From an uncultured Erysipelotrichaceae bacterium (GTDB taxonomy: Bacteria > Bacillota_I > Bacilli_A > RF39 > UBA660), in NCBI GenBank assembly GCA_902795215.1, contig CADBKG010000001.1, forward strand, positions 31,992 through 95,991: a stretch of 64,000 bases of DNA. Direction: 5' to 3'. The first letter of the stretch is position 1. The number at the start of each line of letters is the position of its first letter. Under the pieces are notes generated by a model that was given only the letters and a program-made list of their open reading frames with translations, did no database searches and had not been told where the DNA came from. Made by a program: the position numbers and the translations under genes. Shown one piece after another: positions 1 to 10,425 of the stretch.

Positions 1-623
1 ATTCTTTCACTAGCTCTAATTGTTTTAATACGTTCTAATAATTCATCAAAATATTTTTGATCATATTTATTTCCTTTTATGAATCTATCATCATTTAAAT
101 TAAAGCCTTTGACAATATACTCCTTAATAAGCTTATTTGCCCAAGTTCTAAACTTAATAGCTGTCTTAGAATTAACTCTAAAGCCAATGGAAATTATCAT
201 ATCAAGATTATAGTAAGGATAAGTTCTTTTTACATTTCTATTTCCTTCTTTTTTAACTTGTGCAATTTTTGCACAAGTTGAATTTTCACTTAATTCTTCA
301 TCTTTATATATATTGTTAATGTGTCTAACGACCCCACTTCTGTCAATATTAAATAAATTAGAAAGAGCTTCTACATTTAACCAAACATCCTCATCTATTA
401 GTCTTACTTCTACTTTTGTATTATTATTTTCATCTTCATAAAAAACTATATTATTTTCGCTACCTACTGTTTTACTGTCCATTCAATTTCCTCCTCTCTG
501 AGTATAATAATTTCTAATATAATTTTTTTACTCATTATTATCTAAGCTTACTGATAAATGCTCCATCAGTTTTACAATCATAAGTTGTTATAGTCCTATC
601 TTCTAAAAATGCACCTTCATAAT

Positions 624-1811
624 TTATTTCCTTTCTAAAACAACAAGACTTTCTATATGATGAGTATAACTAAACATATCAAGAATATACGACTTTTCAA
701 TATCATATTTTTCTTTTAATATATTTAAATCCCTTGCTAGTGTTATTGGATTACAAGATATATAAATTATTTTATCAACTTCTTTTTTAAGTATATTTTT
801 TATTCCTTTTTTACTTATTCCATTTCTAGGTGGATCAATAATAATTGTGTCAATATCTTTTATTGTTTCCATTAATGAAAAAGCATCACCAAGTAAAAAT
901 TCCACGTTGTTAACGTTGTTTATTTTTGCATTAAATTTAGCATCTTTTATAGCGTTTTCCACTATTTCTATTCCATATACTTTTTTGCACTTATCTGCAA
1001 TACTTAAACCAAGCGTTCCTACTCCACAGCATAAATCCATTACAATGCTTCCTTCATCAACGGTTTCTTTTAATATCGAAAACAGTTTATTATTGATATA
1101 TCTATTAACTTGGAAAAACGAATTATAACTTTCTTTATATAATTTGTTATCTATATTTTCCATAAAGTAATCATTACCATATATTATGTTACCATTATAA
1201 ACTATACCTACTAGTTTTACTCTTTCTCTTAAATGATCTATATTTATTTTGCACATGTCATCAGTTTCTATATTTAAAAGTATTTCTTCATTATTATTAC
1301 ATTTTATAGTAATTTTACCATTTTCAAGATTCAAATCTTCTAAATGCATTATCATTTTATTAATTGGTTCTTCAGCATTTAAACACCTATCTATTTCGAT
1401 TAAATTATGAGAATTTCTTACATAGAAACCATATTTTCCATTAACGCATTTAAATTCCACTTTATTTCTATATAAATCTTTTTGATCGTTTTTAATAAGA
1501 TTTGGATTTATATCAAGTCCTGCATTTCTTTTTATTATTTCAATTACATTTTCTTTTTTATAATTTAATCCATCATTATAGCTTAGATTTCTAATTGTGC
1601 ATCCACCGCATTTATCAAAATAAGGGCATTTGCTTTTAATTCTTTTAGGACTTTTGTTTATATATTCTGTTACTTCAGCGATAGAATAATTCTTTTCTTC
1701 TTTTATTATATTTATTCTTACTTCTTCCCCTGGAAGAGCGTTATCAACAAATATAACTTTTCCATCTATATGAGTTACTCCCCTTAAATTATAATCTAAT
1801 TTTTCTATCAT
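624..1811 (-). CDS. 23S rRNA (uracil-5)-methyltransferase, RlmD/RumA family (TRAM + Fe-S + SAM MTase)
   Basis: N-terminal TRAM-like domain; CX5CX2C cluster (CPYFDKCGGC) plus a later Cys; SAM motif DLCCGVGTLG; DPPRNG motif. Confidence 0.8.
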   Translation of the reverse strand: MIEKLDYNLRGVTHIDGKVIFVDNALPGEEVRINIIKEEKNYSIAEVTEYINKSPKRIKSKCPYFDKCGGCTIRNLSYNDGLNYKKENVIEIIKRNAGLDINPNLIKNDQKDLYRNKVEFKCVNGKYGFYVRNSHNLIEIDRCLNAEEPINKMIMHLEDLNLENGKITIKCNNNEEILLNIETDDMCKINIDHLRERVKLVGIVYNGNIIYGNDYFMENIDNKLYKESYNSFFQVNRYINNKLFSILKETVDEGSIVMDLCCGVGTLGLSIADKCKKVYGIEIVENAIKDAKFNAKINNVNNVEFLLGDAFSLMETIKDIDTIIIDPPRNGISKKGIKNILKKEVDKIIYISCNPITLARDLNILKEKYDIEKSYILDMFSYTHHIESLVVLERK

Positions 1812-2530
1812 TTATTCCTCACATAATTATAAAGTCTTGTTACTTCGTCTTTAGTTAAAGTTCTATATTCATAACTTCTAAGTGTACCTAAATCTAAAAA
1901 AGCATAATTTGTTCTAGTAAGCTTTATAACATCGATTTTAAGGGATTCAAATAACCTTTTTACTATATGATTTCTACCTTCTATAATAGTTATTTCTACA
2001 AAAGAAGTATTGTTATTAGGATTTTTCTTTTTAATTTTTACATTCTTAACTTTTACTTTTCTTCCATCTATTACAATTCCTTCTTTTATTTTATGGTATT
2101 CTTCCATTGTAAGAACTTTATTTATTTTAGCAAGATATGTTTTAGGAACTTTAGATTTTGGATGAGTTAAAAGATTAGTTAATTTGCCATCATTTGTTAA
2201 AAGTATCAATCCCGTTGTATCGTAATCAAGTCTCCCAACAGGATATATTCTAGCTTCGGTTTCAATTAAATCAACTACTGTTTTTCTTCCTTTTTCATCA
2301 CTTGAAGAACTTATAACTCCTCTAGGTTTATTTAAAAGATAATATTCATAACTTTGCTTTTCTAAAAGCTCGCCATCTACAATTATTTCATCTTTATCTT
2401 TAACTTTAGTTCCAAGTTTTGCAACAACTTCTCCATTAACTAAAACTTTTCCTTCTTGTATTAATTTCTCGGCATTTCTTCGTGAAGTTATACCACTTTC
2501 TGCTATTTTCTTTTGTAAACGCTCTTCCAT
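1808..2530 (-). CDS. pseudouridine synthase, RsuA/RluB family
   Basis: N-terminal S4 RNA-binding domain; catalytic motif VGRLDYDTTGLILLTNDG; 4-nt overlap with upstream gene. Confidence 0.8.
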   Translation of the reverse strand: MEERLQKKIAESGITSRRNAEKLIQEGKVLVNGEVVAKLGTKVKDKDEIIVDGELLEKQSYEYYLLNKPRGVISSSSDEKGRKTVVDLIETEARIYPVGRLDYDTTGLILLTNDGKLTNLLTHPKSKVPKTYLAKINKVLTMEEYHKIKEGIVIDGRKVKVKNVKIKKKNPNNNTSFVEITIIEGRNHIVKRLFESLKIDVIKLTRTNYAFLDLGTLRSYEYRTLTKDEVTRLYNYVRNK

Positions 2531-2606
2531 AATCTCACCGCCATAATAATTTTATCACATAAAGCATAAAAAAACCATAAACTATATTGAAAGGTGGAGA
2601 CTATAT

Positions 2607-2813
2607 ATGTATTATTACGGATATAATAATGGGTATGCTTCTAATGCTCCATATTACCAAACTCCTTACTGTAACAATGGTTTTGTTGGATATACTCAAG
2701 GGAATGGGTTCAATGCTGCACTATGGATAGTATTGTTTATACTTTTAGTTATTATTATAGGCGCTGGATGGAGTTTTGGAGGAAATAATCGCCCAAACAA
2801 TTTTAGAAGATAA
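2607..2813 (+). CDS. small Tyr/Gly/Asn-rich protein with C-terminal TM helix (hypothetical)
   Basis: ORF preceded by RBS AAAGGTGGAG; single hydrophobic helix. Confidence 0.3.
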   Translation: MYYYGYNNGYASNAPYYQTPYCNNGFVGYTQGNGFNAALWIVLFILLVIIIGAGWSFGGNNRPNNFRR

Positions 2814-2842
2814 CCATTTAAAAAAAAGCCATTATGGCTTTT

Positions 2843-3385
2843 TTATTCTTCATCATTTTCATAATTATAAATACCATGAATCTTTTCAAGGGTTTCATTA
2901 TCCATTTCATCTATTACCCATCTATTCTTTTTCTTTGAAAGATTAAAAGTAATATCATAGTCAATTGTTTCTTTTGTTTTAGACATCTGCTCTAATCTAT
3001 AATCAATAAACTTTGAAGAATCATAGACACCATCTGTATAAAATTCACTAGGATTATTTTCTAAATATTTTTCGGTTTCACTACTTGTTTTATACAAGTT
3101 TTTAACTGTTATTGCAACATCAACAGTCGCTTTTTCACCATTAATTTTTTCTTTTTTAATTTCATACTTGATACTAGAATATTCATCCTTAACTATATCT
3201 TTATATTTTTCTTGTTGTTTTTCATTTAAATCTTCGTTTTTTATATATGTATCTAATTCTTTCATAATTGAAGAATCATTTTTTATATAGTCATTTAAAA
3301 GTTCTTCCACTTTTTCACTTGGAGTCATATTAAATAAACACCCCGTTAATAAAAACAAACTAAAAAACAATAATATTTTTTTCAT
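2843..3385 (-). CDS. lipoprotein (hypothetical)
   Basis: Signal peptide with lipobox LLTGC; K/E-rich mature part. Confidence 0.5.
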   Translation of the reverse strand: MKKILLFFSLFLLTGCLFNMTPSEKVEELLNDYIKNDSSIMKELDTYIKNEDLNEKQQEKYKDIVKDEYSSIKYEIKKEKINGEKATVDVAITVKNLYKTSSETEKYLENNPSEFYTDGVYDSSKFIDYRLEQMSKTKETIDYDITFNLSKKKNRWVIDEMDNETLEKIHGIYNYENDEE

Positions 3386-3465
3386 ATTAAACCTCGCTAT
3401 AACTCTTTTATTTATATTATGTACTTATTATATCAAAATTATACATTTTATGATACAATAATTAC

Positions 3466-4458
3466 GTGGTGAGAGAAATGAAAAGAATATTAACAGGATT
3501 ACAACCTAGTGGAGAATTAACTATTGGAAGTTTAATTGGTGGCATTGGGAACATCAAAAAATATGAAGATAAATATGAATCTTTTATATTTGTGCCAGAT
3601 TTACACTCTATTACAGTTGATCAAGACCCAAAACTTTTACATGAAAGAATAAGAAAAAACATTGCCCTTTATTTAGCGTGTGGACTAGATCCAAAGAAAA
3701 ATACTTTCTATATTCAATCAGAGAATTTATATCATACAAATCTATCTTGGATATTAGAATGTAACACATATATGGGTGAAGCTTCTAGAATGACTCAGTA
3801 TAAGGAAAAATCTGAAAACAAAAAACATCATTCAGTAGGATTATTTACATACCCCATACTTATGGCCGCGGATATATTATTATATGACGCAGACTTTGTG
3901 CCAGTTGGACATGATCAAAAACAACATGTAGAACTCGCAAGAGATATAGCTATTCGTTTTAACAATAAATATGATGATACTTTTACTGTTCCAGAACCAC
4001 TTATTCCAGAAGTTGGCGCAAGAATAAAAGATTTACAAGATCCAACTAAAAAAATGAGCAAATCAAGTGAAAATCCTAAAGGTATAATCTTCTTGCTTGA
4101 TGATTTAGAAGTAACTAGAAAGAAAATAATGTCTGCAGTTACAGATAGTGACAATAAAGTTATCTACGACGAAGAAAATAAACCAGGAATATCAAATCTT
4201 TTAATGATATATTCATCAATGACAAATATGAGCATAAAAGAAGCTGAAGAAAAGTTTAAAGATTATAACTATGGTAACTTTAAAAAAGAAGTCGCTGAAG
4301 CAATAATAAACGTTATAAAACCTATTCAAGATAAATATAATGAAATAATTAATTCTAATTTAATCGATGAATTACTTGATGAAGGTAAGAAAAAAACAAA
4401 TGAGATAGCTAAAGAAAAATATGAAATAGTAAGAAAAAAAGTAGGCCTTGGTAGATAG
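3466..4458 (+). CDS. trpS: tryptophan--tRNA ligase
   Basis: Class I aaRS motifs; N-terminal QPSGELTIGSLIG; KMSKS present; ~330 aa. Real start is probably MKRIL at 3478. Confidence 0.9.
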   Translation: MVREMKRILTGLQPSGELTIGSLIGGIGNIKKYEDKYESFIFVPDLHSITVDQDPKLLHERIRKNIALYLACGLDPKKNTFYIQSENLYHTNLSWILECNTYMGEASRMTQYKEKSENKKHHSVGLFTYPILMAADILLYDADFVPVGHDQKQHVELARDIAIRFNNKYDDTFTVPEPLIPEVGARIKDLQDPTKKMSKSSENPKGIIFLLDDLEVTRKKIMSAVTDSDNKVIYDEENKPGISNLLMIYSSMTNMSIKEAEEKFKDYNYGNFKKEVAEAIINVIKPIQDKYNEIINSNLIDELLDEGKKKTNEIAKEKYEIVRKKVGLGR

Positions 4459-4497
4459 CCTACTTTTTTATAATGTTTTTAAACTACTTTTCTATAT

Positions 4498-4728
4498 TTA
4501 TTTCACACCTAATTGATGATCAATATACACATTATCACATATATCATTTATGTCTTTAACTGCTTCCTCTAGATTAACTTTTAGACTATTAATCATTTTA
4601 ATAAACTCTGGATCACTTAGTTTATTTGAACGGTCAGCAATAAATTTTTTGGCAGCAACACTTGTTCTAATTGCTTCTGCAACTAATGTGCTAAATAAAT
4701 CCTTTTCAATGTCTGTTAATTCTTCCAT
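4498..4728 (-). CDS. hypothetical small protein
   Basis: 76-aa ORF, no recognised domain. Confidence 0.35.
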   Translation of the reverse strand: MEELTDIEKDLFSTLVAEAIRTSVAAKKFIADRSNKLSDPEFIKMINSLKVNLEEAVKDINDICDNVYIDHQLGVK

Positions 4729-4844
4729 ATTATTTCTCCTTGGTTTTATATCCTACTATAAATAAAGCAAAAAAGCAACATTTATCTCTTTACATTTTAA
4801 AGGGTAGATGGTAATATATATCACTAAGAAAGGAGTGCACATTT

Positions 4845-5297
4845 ATGAGCTCTAATAACTTTTTAGAAGGATATCAAATTATCGCTAATAACATTGATCA
4901 TCCTCAAAATGATAATCCAATTATAGTTTTAGATCCTGAAGGTAATCAAATAGAAATAGTAGAATTTCTAGATATAATTAAAAATGGAGTTTTATCAATA
5001 TTTGACAATGCATCAATGCAAAAAAAAATGGTTGGAGGACTTATTGTAAATTTTTTTATTAAACAAATTGATTTAACAAAAAAAATTGCTGATCAAAACG
5101 GATCTTTTAATGAATATAATCTTGTGGAAATTGAGAATCTTATAAAAGAATTAAAATCAATAAAAAGTGATCTTGAAAAAATTGATAATTTCAGTAAAAG
5201 CAATAATTTAAGTATAGAAGAAACAGAATTATTAATTGAACAAATGAACCAACAAATTGAACAAGACGAAGATGATTATACAATGGGATTAAAATAA
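4845..5297 (+). CDS. hypothetical acidic protein
   Basis: 150-aa ORF with RBS AAGGAG upstream; ends immediately before repeat A. Confidence 0.4.
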   Translation: MSSNNFLEGYQIIANNIDHPQNDNPIIVLDPEGNQIEIVEFLDIIKNGVLSIFDNASMQKKMVGGLIVNFFIKQIDLTKKIADQNGSFNEYNLVEIENLIKELKSIKSDLEKIDNFSKSNNLSIEETELLIEQMNQQIEQDEDDYTMGLK

Positions 5298-5422
5298 AAA
5301 GTCCCATATTTGGGACCTAAGTACTACTCTTCAATGATGAGTTTGAATCAATAGTTCAATAAACCAATCGAAGAAAAAATCATGCACTAAGTAATACTTG
5401 TGTGCATGATTTTATTTTGTTA
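5296..5422. repeat. 127-bp direct repeat, copy A, containing two hairpins (one a bidirectional rho-independent terminator)
   Basis: 98% identical to 6808-6934. Hairpin GTCCCA-TATT-TGGGAC. Hairpin AAAATCATGCAC...GTGCATGATTTT flanked by T-runs on both strands. Confidence 0.85.
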
Positions 5423-5424
5423 TA

Positions 5425-6753
5425 TTAATTTTTAGGTAAGGTATAACTTGGTTCAGATGAATATTCGGTTATTTTATCACAATCAGCCTTTAACCTTTTT
5501 ATTTCCGCTGAACTTTGTTCTTCAATTTCGGCAATTCTTTCTAAGTATTTTGCTTTTAATTCAAGCGTAACTCTTCTTATCCAAGCGTTTCTTTCTTCAA
5601 ATGAATCTGTAATTATTTTTTGGCCTTGGATTTCAACACCTGGTAATGAAAAATCTGCTTTTAATTTACCATTTTCATCAACTAGGAAATTTTTTCCTTC
5701 CTCATCAGTAACATCGTATATATTATCGCCAAGATATTTTATTCTTTTGTTTTTTGGTGTCATTTTGATAGCGCCATCAGATCCAAACATTCCATATCTA
5801 GAAATATAATCATAATATGTTTCAACTATGTAACAATTACCTGCTATTTCAATAGACCAATATTCACATGGAACTATTTTTTCCCCATCTTCGGCATATA
5901 TGCCTTCATAACCGTCTTTAACACGAAATATTGTTCTATCATCGCTAATTTTTATTGGGTAAATATTTTTTGTAAGCACGTCTCTGAAAGTTATTAATTG
6001 ATTATTACTGTTAATATATATAGTACTTTTTTTATCGTTTTCATAGTGATATAAGAAGACTTCAGTCTCATAATCTTCATTCCCTTGTCTCGTGTCATAT
6101 CCTATATTTCCTTCAGCTGGAACATATTCACCAGTTTCCAAATTGATTAAAGCATATTCCCACTCACGAATACTTCCTCTTTTTCTTAAAATCAAATTAT
6201 TGCATTCCCGTATGATTTCTACACAAGGGACCGTATCAATATGCTCTATGTTTTGATTATATATAGCTAAACCTTCATGGGTTTTACCAAAATACATATT
6301 TCCATACGTTTTAAAATCTATAAATGAACCCTCGATAAACTTGCCTTTTTTCGCATCATAAATCTTATTATTAAATCTATATACGCGATCATCAATTTTG
6401 CTATCTTTTCCTTCTGCAATTTTATGACAATCTTTTGCGTCTAATATTGCATTTCCTACGCGAAAATAAACATCATAATTATATGAAGAGATATCCCTAT
6501 GTTTAAAAGGAAGAATAACTTTTCCTTTTTTGTCGATTATTCCCCATTCATTAGTGCTTGCAAGTTGTGCTATGGCAAGACCATATTTATTAAACTTTCC
6601 TATTTCTCTATACTGGCAAGCTATTATTTCTTTACCCATATGGTCAATTGATCCTTTTAATCCTTTTTGATTTGTAACAATTGATATTCCATTATAAAAT
6701 TCACCAATGTTTTCATATTTGCTACCAAAAAAATATTTAATTTCAAAGCTCAT
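5425..6753 (-). CDS. WG-repeat (KWG) domain protein
   Basis: Multiple repeats of the WGxIDxxGKxVIPxxY type (e.g. EWGIIDKKGKVILPFKH); C-terminal coiled-coil; own promoter TTTACA-17-TATTAT at about 6760-6800 (minus). Confidence 0.6.
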   Translation of the reverse strand: MSFEIKYFFGSKYENIGEFYNGISIVTNQKGLKGSIDHMGKEIIACQYREIGKFNKYGLAIAQLASTNEWGIIDKKGKVILPFKHRDISSYNYDVYFRVGNAILDAKDCHKIAEGKDSKIDDRVYRFNNKIYDAKKGKFIEGSFIDFKTYGNMYFGKTHEGLAIYNQNIEHIDTVPCVEIIRECNNLILRKRGSIREWEYALINLETGEYVPAEGNIGYDTRQGNEDYETEVFLYHYENDKKSTIYINSNNQLITFRDVLTKNIYPIKISDDRTIFRVKDGYEGIYAEDGEKIVPCEYWSIEIAGNCYIVETYYDYISRYGMFGSDGAIKMTPKNKRIKYLGDNIYDVTDEEGKNFLVDENGKLKADFSLPGVEIQGQKIITDSFEERNAWIRRVTLELKAKYLERIAEIEEQSSAEIKRLKADCDKITEYSSEPSYTLPKN

Positions 6754-6807
6754 AATACTCTCCTTTTATAAGACTGTATAATATCATATAAGTGCTTTGA
6801 TGTAAAC

Positions 6808-6934
6808 AAAAAAGTCCCATATTTGGGACCTAAGTACTACTCTTCAATGATGAGTTTGAATCAATAGTTCAATAAATCGATCGAAGAAAAAATCATGCAC
6901 TAAGTAATACTTGTGTGCATGATTTTATTTTGTT
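6808..6934. repeat. 127-bp direct repeat, copy B (terminator for yihY-like gene)
   Basis: 2 mismatches versus copy A; same two hairpins. Confidence 0.85.
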
Positions 6935-6944
6935 TAAGTTTTTA

Positions 6945-7811
6945 TTAATTATTTTGGTTTTTTTTGGCAGTTTTAAGTGCCTCAATCTTTTTTGTTTTTT
7001 CTATCTCATATGGTTCTTCTTGGTAATTAATACCCATTCCAATAACGAATATATAAGATAGGAAATATATCCAAATCATAAGTATTGCTAAATTAGATAA
7101 TCCACTATAATAAAGTGCATAATTTGCAAAGTGATTAACATAGTACAAATATAGCTCTGTTGCAATTACCCATCCTACTGATGTAAAAATAGCTCCTTTT
7201 GTAACATACGTACTTGATATTTGTTTATCTGGCGCTATTGTATACAATACTTTTATAAAGATATATATAACTAACCAAGTAAGAGGATATTTTAAGACTC
7301 TAATAACGTCGTAAAAACTATTCTCTCCTAGTGCATTTTCTATTAAACTTATTATAAAATTACCAAAAATTGGAACTAACAAAATAAATACAAAAAGCAA
7401 AATTATAATAAATACCATGATTATACCTTTTATTTTTCTATATACAAAAGGTTTTTGCTTTATATCATATATATTATCTGCAGCAATAATCATAGAACTC
7501 ATTCCATTACTAGCGATATAAATACTCATTAATAATAGTATTATTAAACCAAAATGAAATTCTCTAACTTTTGCGACAGGTTTAAGCATATTATAAATCG
7601 CTGGTGATAAATTTAAATTAAAATATGTGTTAACATCTTGAAGCGATATATGAAATATACTTGTAAAAAGTGCAATAAGTGTAATTGTAGGTACTAATGC
7701 AAGAACGAAGTTAAATGCAAGCTGGCTTGGTAAAACAGCCATATCTGAACGATTTAATACAGTCCAAAGGTTTTCTAAAAATCTTTTAGATTTTTTCTTC
7801 ATCAGTATCAC
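6945..7811 (-). CDS. YihY/BrkB (ribonuclease BN-like) family membrane protein
   Basis: N-terminal SQLAFNFVLALVPTITL signature; six TM segments; ~288 aa. Confidence 0.75.
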   Translation of the reverse strand: MILMKKKSKRFLENLWTVLNRSDMAVLPSQLAFNFVLALVPTITLIALFTSIFHISLQDVNTYFNLNLSPAIYNMLKPVAKVREFHFGLIILLLMSIYIASNGMSSMIIAADNIYDIKQKPFVYRKIKGIIMVFIIILLFVFILLVPIFGNFIISLIENALGENSFYDVIRVLKYPLTWLVIYIFIKVLYTIAPDKQISSTYVTKGAIFTSVGWVIATELYLYYVNHFANYALYYSGLSNLAILMIWIYFLSYIFVIGMGINYQEEPYEIEKTKKIEALKTAKKNQNN

Positions 7812-9825
7812 CTTGCATAAGTTCTTTATTAGCCTTCATTCTATCAGTAGCTTCATTAATAGCATCATCTACTAGTTTTAAATCACTTTCAATAATACTA
7901 AATCCTATTGCAACCCCTTTATCATATGGTAAATTCTTAAATTCTTTGTTTAGTTTTTTAATATAACTTAATATTCTCTTTTCGCTATAACCAACTAGAT
8001 AAATAGTAAATTCGTTACCATCAGTACGCATTATTTCTGAATTATCAAGTTGAGTTTTAATTAAAACATTCGCTGCTGCTTTAATTTGTTTATCTCCAGC
8101 TTCATATCCATATGCATCATTAAGTGCTTGAACACCGTTTAAATTAGCAAGTATTACAGCCTGAGGATATATAGTATTTCTATTCCATATTGGCATATTT
8201 TCGTGCAAGAAATTTCTGTTTTTGAGTGAAGTTAATATATCTACGTACTTAATCTTATCAGCTTTTTTAATCTTCTTTTTTATATGAACTTTTTTAGAAT
8301 ATCTATAAGTTAAGAAAGCAAATAATAATATAAGTGTTATTAATGCTATTGCATACTTAGTAACTGTAGATATTAAGAATCCAGCCTTAGATGCTCTTTG
8401 GGCATCACTGATACCTCTATATAATATTTCATCTTTACTTACATAATTTACATATCTTGAAAGTAATTTATTAAAGTTATCATTAGCGTTAGACTTAAGA
8501 TTATAAATCATATTAGTTGGTTCATAAAATCTTTCACTAGCATTTATCTTTTTTCCTTTAATATAGCTTGCATAGGCATACTTATCAATTGCTATAATCT
8601 CATTATTTTTAAGTAGCTTTTTAATTTGTCTATCTTTTTTATATGTCTTGACATTTATACCTAAGTTTTTTAAGTAATTACATAATGCAGTATCTTTTTT
8701 AGCATATACAGTTTCCCCTTTTAATCCTTTAAGAGTTGTATATACTCTCTTATCGCCATCATTCATTACAATACTTACATCAATATTTAAGTTTGATGGT
8801 ATAAATGAATATGTTGATTCTGTAGTGTAGTAATCAGTATATAAATCTACTTCTTTTCTTTTTATAGCAGTTTCTAATTTATTTAACCTACTATAATTCT
8901 TATAATCAATTTCTAATCCACTTAATTCCTCAAAATCTTTAAGTAATAAATATGTTATCCCACCATAAGTTTTACCTGATTTTACATCATATGGACTATT
9001 TTCTACAAAACCATATATATATTTCTTACTATTTAAAGCACTTACATCTTTTTCAGTAAGAGACAAAGAACTAGTAAATAAACTAAAACTATTTGTATTA
9101 ATTGCAGAATTTAAAGATTCTTCTCCCCACTTATTTAATGATTTAAACAAGACAGAAGCAAGGACTTCATCTTCTGTTTTAGTATATCTAATAAAGTAAT
9201 AATCTTTTATGTTACTAAAATGATAATTGATATAATAATTGTTTGATAGAATAACATCTAAATATTCTATTCTAGGAACTATTATACTTTTTATTTCATC
9301 TTTTTTAAATGAATCTAATAATTCGCTTTTTTTATCATAACTTTTAAATTTAATATTATTTGAAGACAAGTTACTTGATAGAAATGTATTATCTTCTGAT
9401 AATACTCCAACTTCTTGTGTAATATCACTTGGACTAATATAATAATCCTCATTCTTACTTACAAGTACATAATGATCGGTATATAGTACTTTATTGTGTG
9501 TAGGTAATTTATTATCCTTAGTTAAATAAACACCTTCTACTTCATCACCTTTATTAGATGAAATTAGATTAAATGACATATCATATTCTTCACTAACATA
9601 TGCTAAGAAATCATAAAATACACCTTTACCATTATTACCAAATATATTTACATCATTTTCAACATTAACATTTATCAAATTCTTTGAACTACTAGTAATA
9701 TACCGTTTTTCTGTGACAGTTAATTTATCTTCATCTTGCATTACTCTATATAATACAAGTCCGCCAAATAATATAGCAAATATTATTAGTATTAAATATA
9801 TAATTATTTTTTTGTTTTTTTTCAT
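7786..9825 (-). CDS. membrane protein with large extracytoplasmic domain and C-terminal GGDEF-like domain (degenerate RTDGNEF)
   Basis: N-terminal TM; ~430-aa extracellular region; TM; GGDEF fold motifs (YGYEAGDK...RTDGNEF). Confidence 0.6.
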   Translation of the reverse strand: MKKNKKIIIYLILIIFAILFGGLVLYRVMQDEDKLTVTEKRYITSSSKNLINVNVENDVNIFGNNGKGVFYDFLAYVSEEYDMSFNLISSNKGDEVEGVYLTKDNKLPTHNKVLYTDHYVLVSKNEDYYISPSDITQEVGVLSEDNTFLSSNLSSNNIKFKSYDKKSELLDSFKKDEIKSIIVPRIEYLDVILSNNYYINYHFSNIKDYYFIRYTKTEDEVLASVLFKSLNKWGEESLNSAINTNSFSLFTSSLSLTEKDVSALNSKKYIYGFVENSPYDVKSGKTYGGITYLLLKDFEELSGLEIDYKNYSRLNKLETAIKRKEVDLYTDYYTTESTYSFIPSNLNIDVSIVMNDGDKRVYTTLKGLKGETVYAKKDTALCNYLKNLGINVKTYKKDRQIKKLLKNNEIIAIDKYAYASYIKGKKINASERFYEPTNMIYNLKSNANDNFNKLLSRYVNYVSKDEILYRGISDAQRASKAGFLISTVTKYAIALITLILLFAFLTYRYSKKVHIKKKIKKADKIKYVDILTSLKNRNFLHENMPIWNRNTIYPQAVILANLNGVQALNDAYGYEAGDKQIKAAANVLIKTQLDNSEIMRTDGNEFTIYLVGYSEKRILSYIKKLNKEFKNLPYDKGVAIGFSIIESDLKLVDDAINEATDRMKANKELMQGDTDEEKI

Positions 9826-9839
9826 TAATTAATTCACCC

Positions 9840-10352
9840 TTATCCAGCATTATGTGACCAAGATATATTCGCTGCGCCTGCTTTTTTATAGCCCATAATA
9901 GGGAATACATTTGTTTTTTCTGCTGAAGTTGATTCTGCACTTTGATTTTTAACATATTCCTCGTTAACCATTAAGAATTGCATATCATAATAATTTACAT
10001 AATCTTCTTCAAATAATTCTAAACATTTAATAGCAGTGTTTTTAGCTTCTTCTGTTGTTATTTCATCATTAAATGTAATATCAAAATAAACAATTTTCCC
10101 ATGAATGTTTATTACAGCTTCATCTACTTTTTCAAATTCTTTAACTTTACTTGTAATACTTTCTTTCATATCTTTATCGATTTTAACATCTCCAATACCA
10201 TCAAGTCTATTTCCATATACACTCTTAGTATTGCTATTAAATACATAACGAACTCCAAGTCCTACAATAATTAGTATACATACTAGCACAATAATCATAA
10301 GTATTGAGAATACTCTGTTTTCTTCATAAAATTTTTTCATTTTTTTAGCCAC
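9840..10352 (-). CDS. hypothetical membrane-anchored protein
   Basis: N-terminal TM helix then soluble domain; 15 nt upstream of the GGDEF gene, likely co-transcribed. Confidence 0.4.
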   Translation of the reverse strand: MAKKMKKFYEENRVFSILMIIVLVCILIIVGLGVRYVFNSNTKSVYGNRLDGIGDVKIDKDMKESITSKVKEFEKVDEAVINIHGKIVYFDITFNDEITTEEAKNTAIKCLELFEEDYVNYYDMQFLMVNEEYVKNQSAESTSAEKTNVFPIMGYKKAGAANISWSHNAG

Positions 10353-10425
10353 CTCTTCAATGTATAATTATACTACATAATATTCTTCTTATCAAATAGA
10401 AAATGACTAACATTTGTCAGTCATC

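Noticed and set aside
847-2170. Short + strand ORFs (93 and 67 aa) inside the rlmD-like and rluB-like genes
   Set aside because: Antisense shadow ORFs in AT-rich sequence.
9746-9955. 69-aa ORF overlapping the junction of the 9840-10352 and GGDEF genes
   Set aside because: Out-of-frame overlap with two better-supported genes; no RBS.
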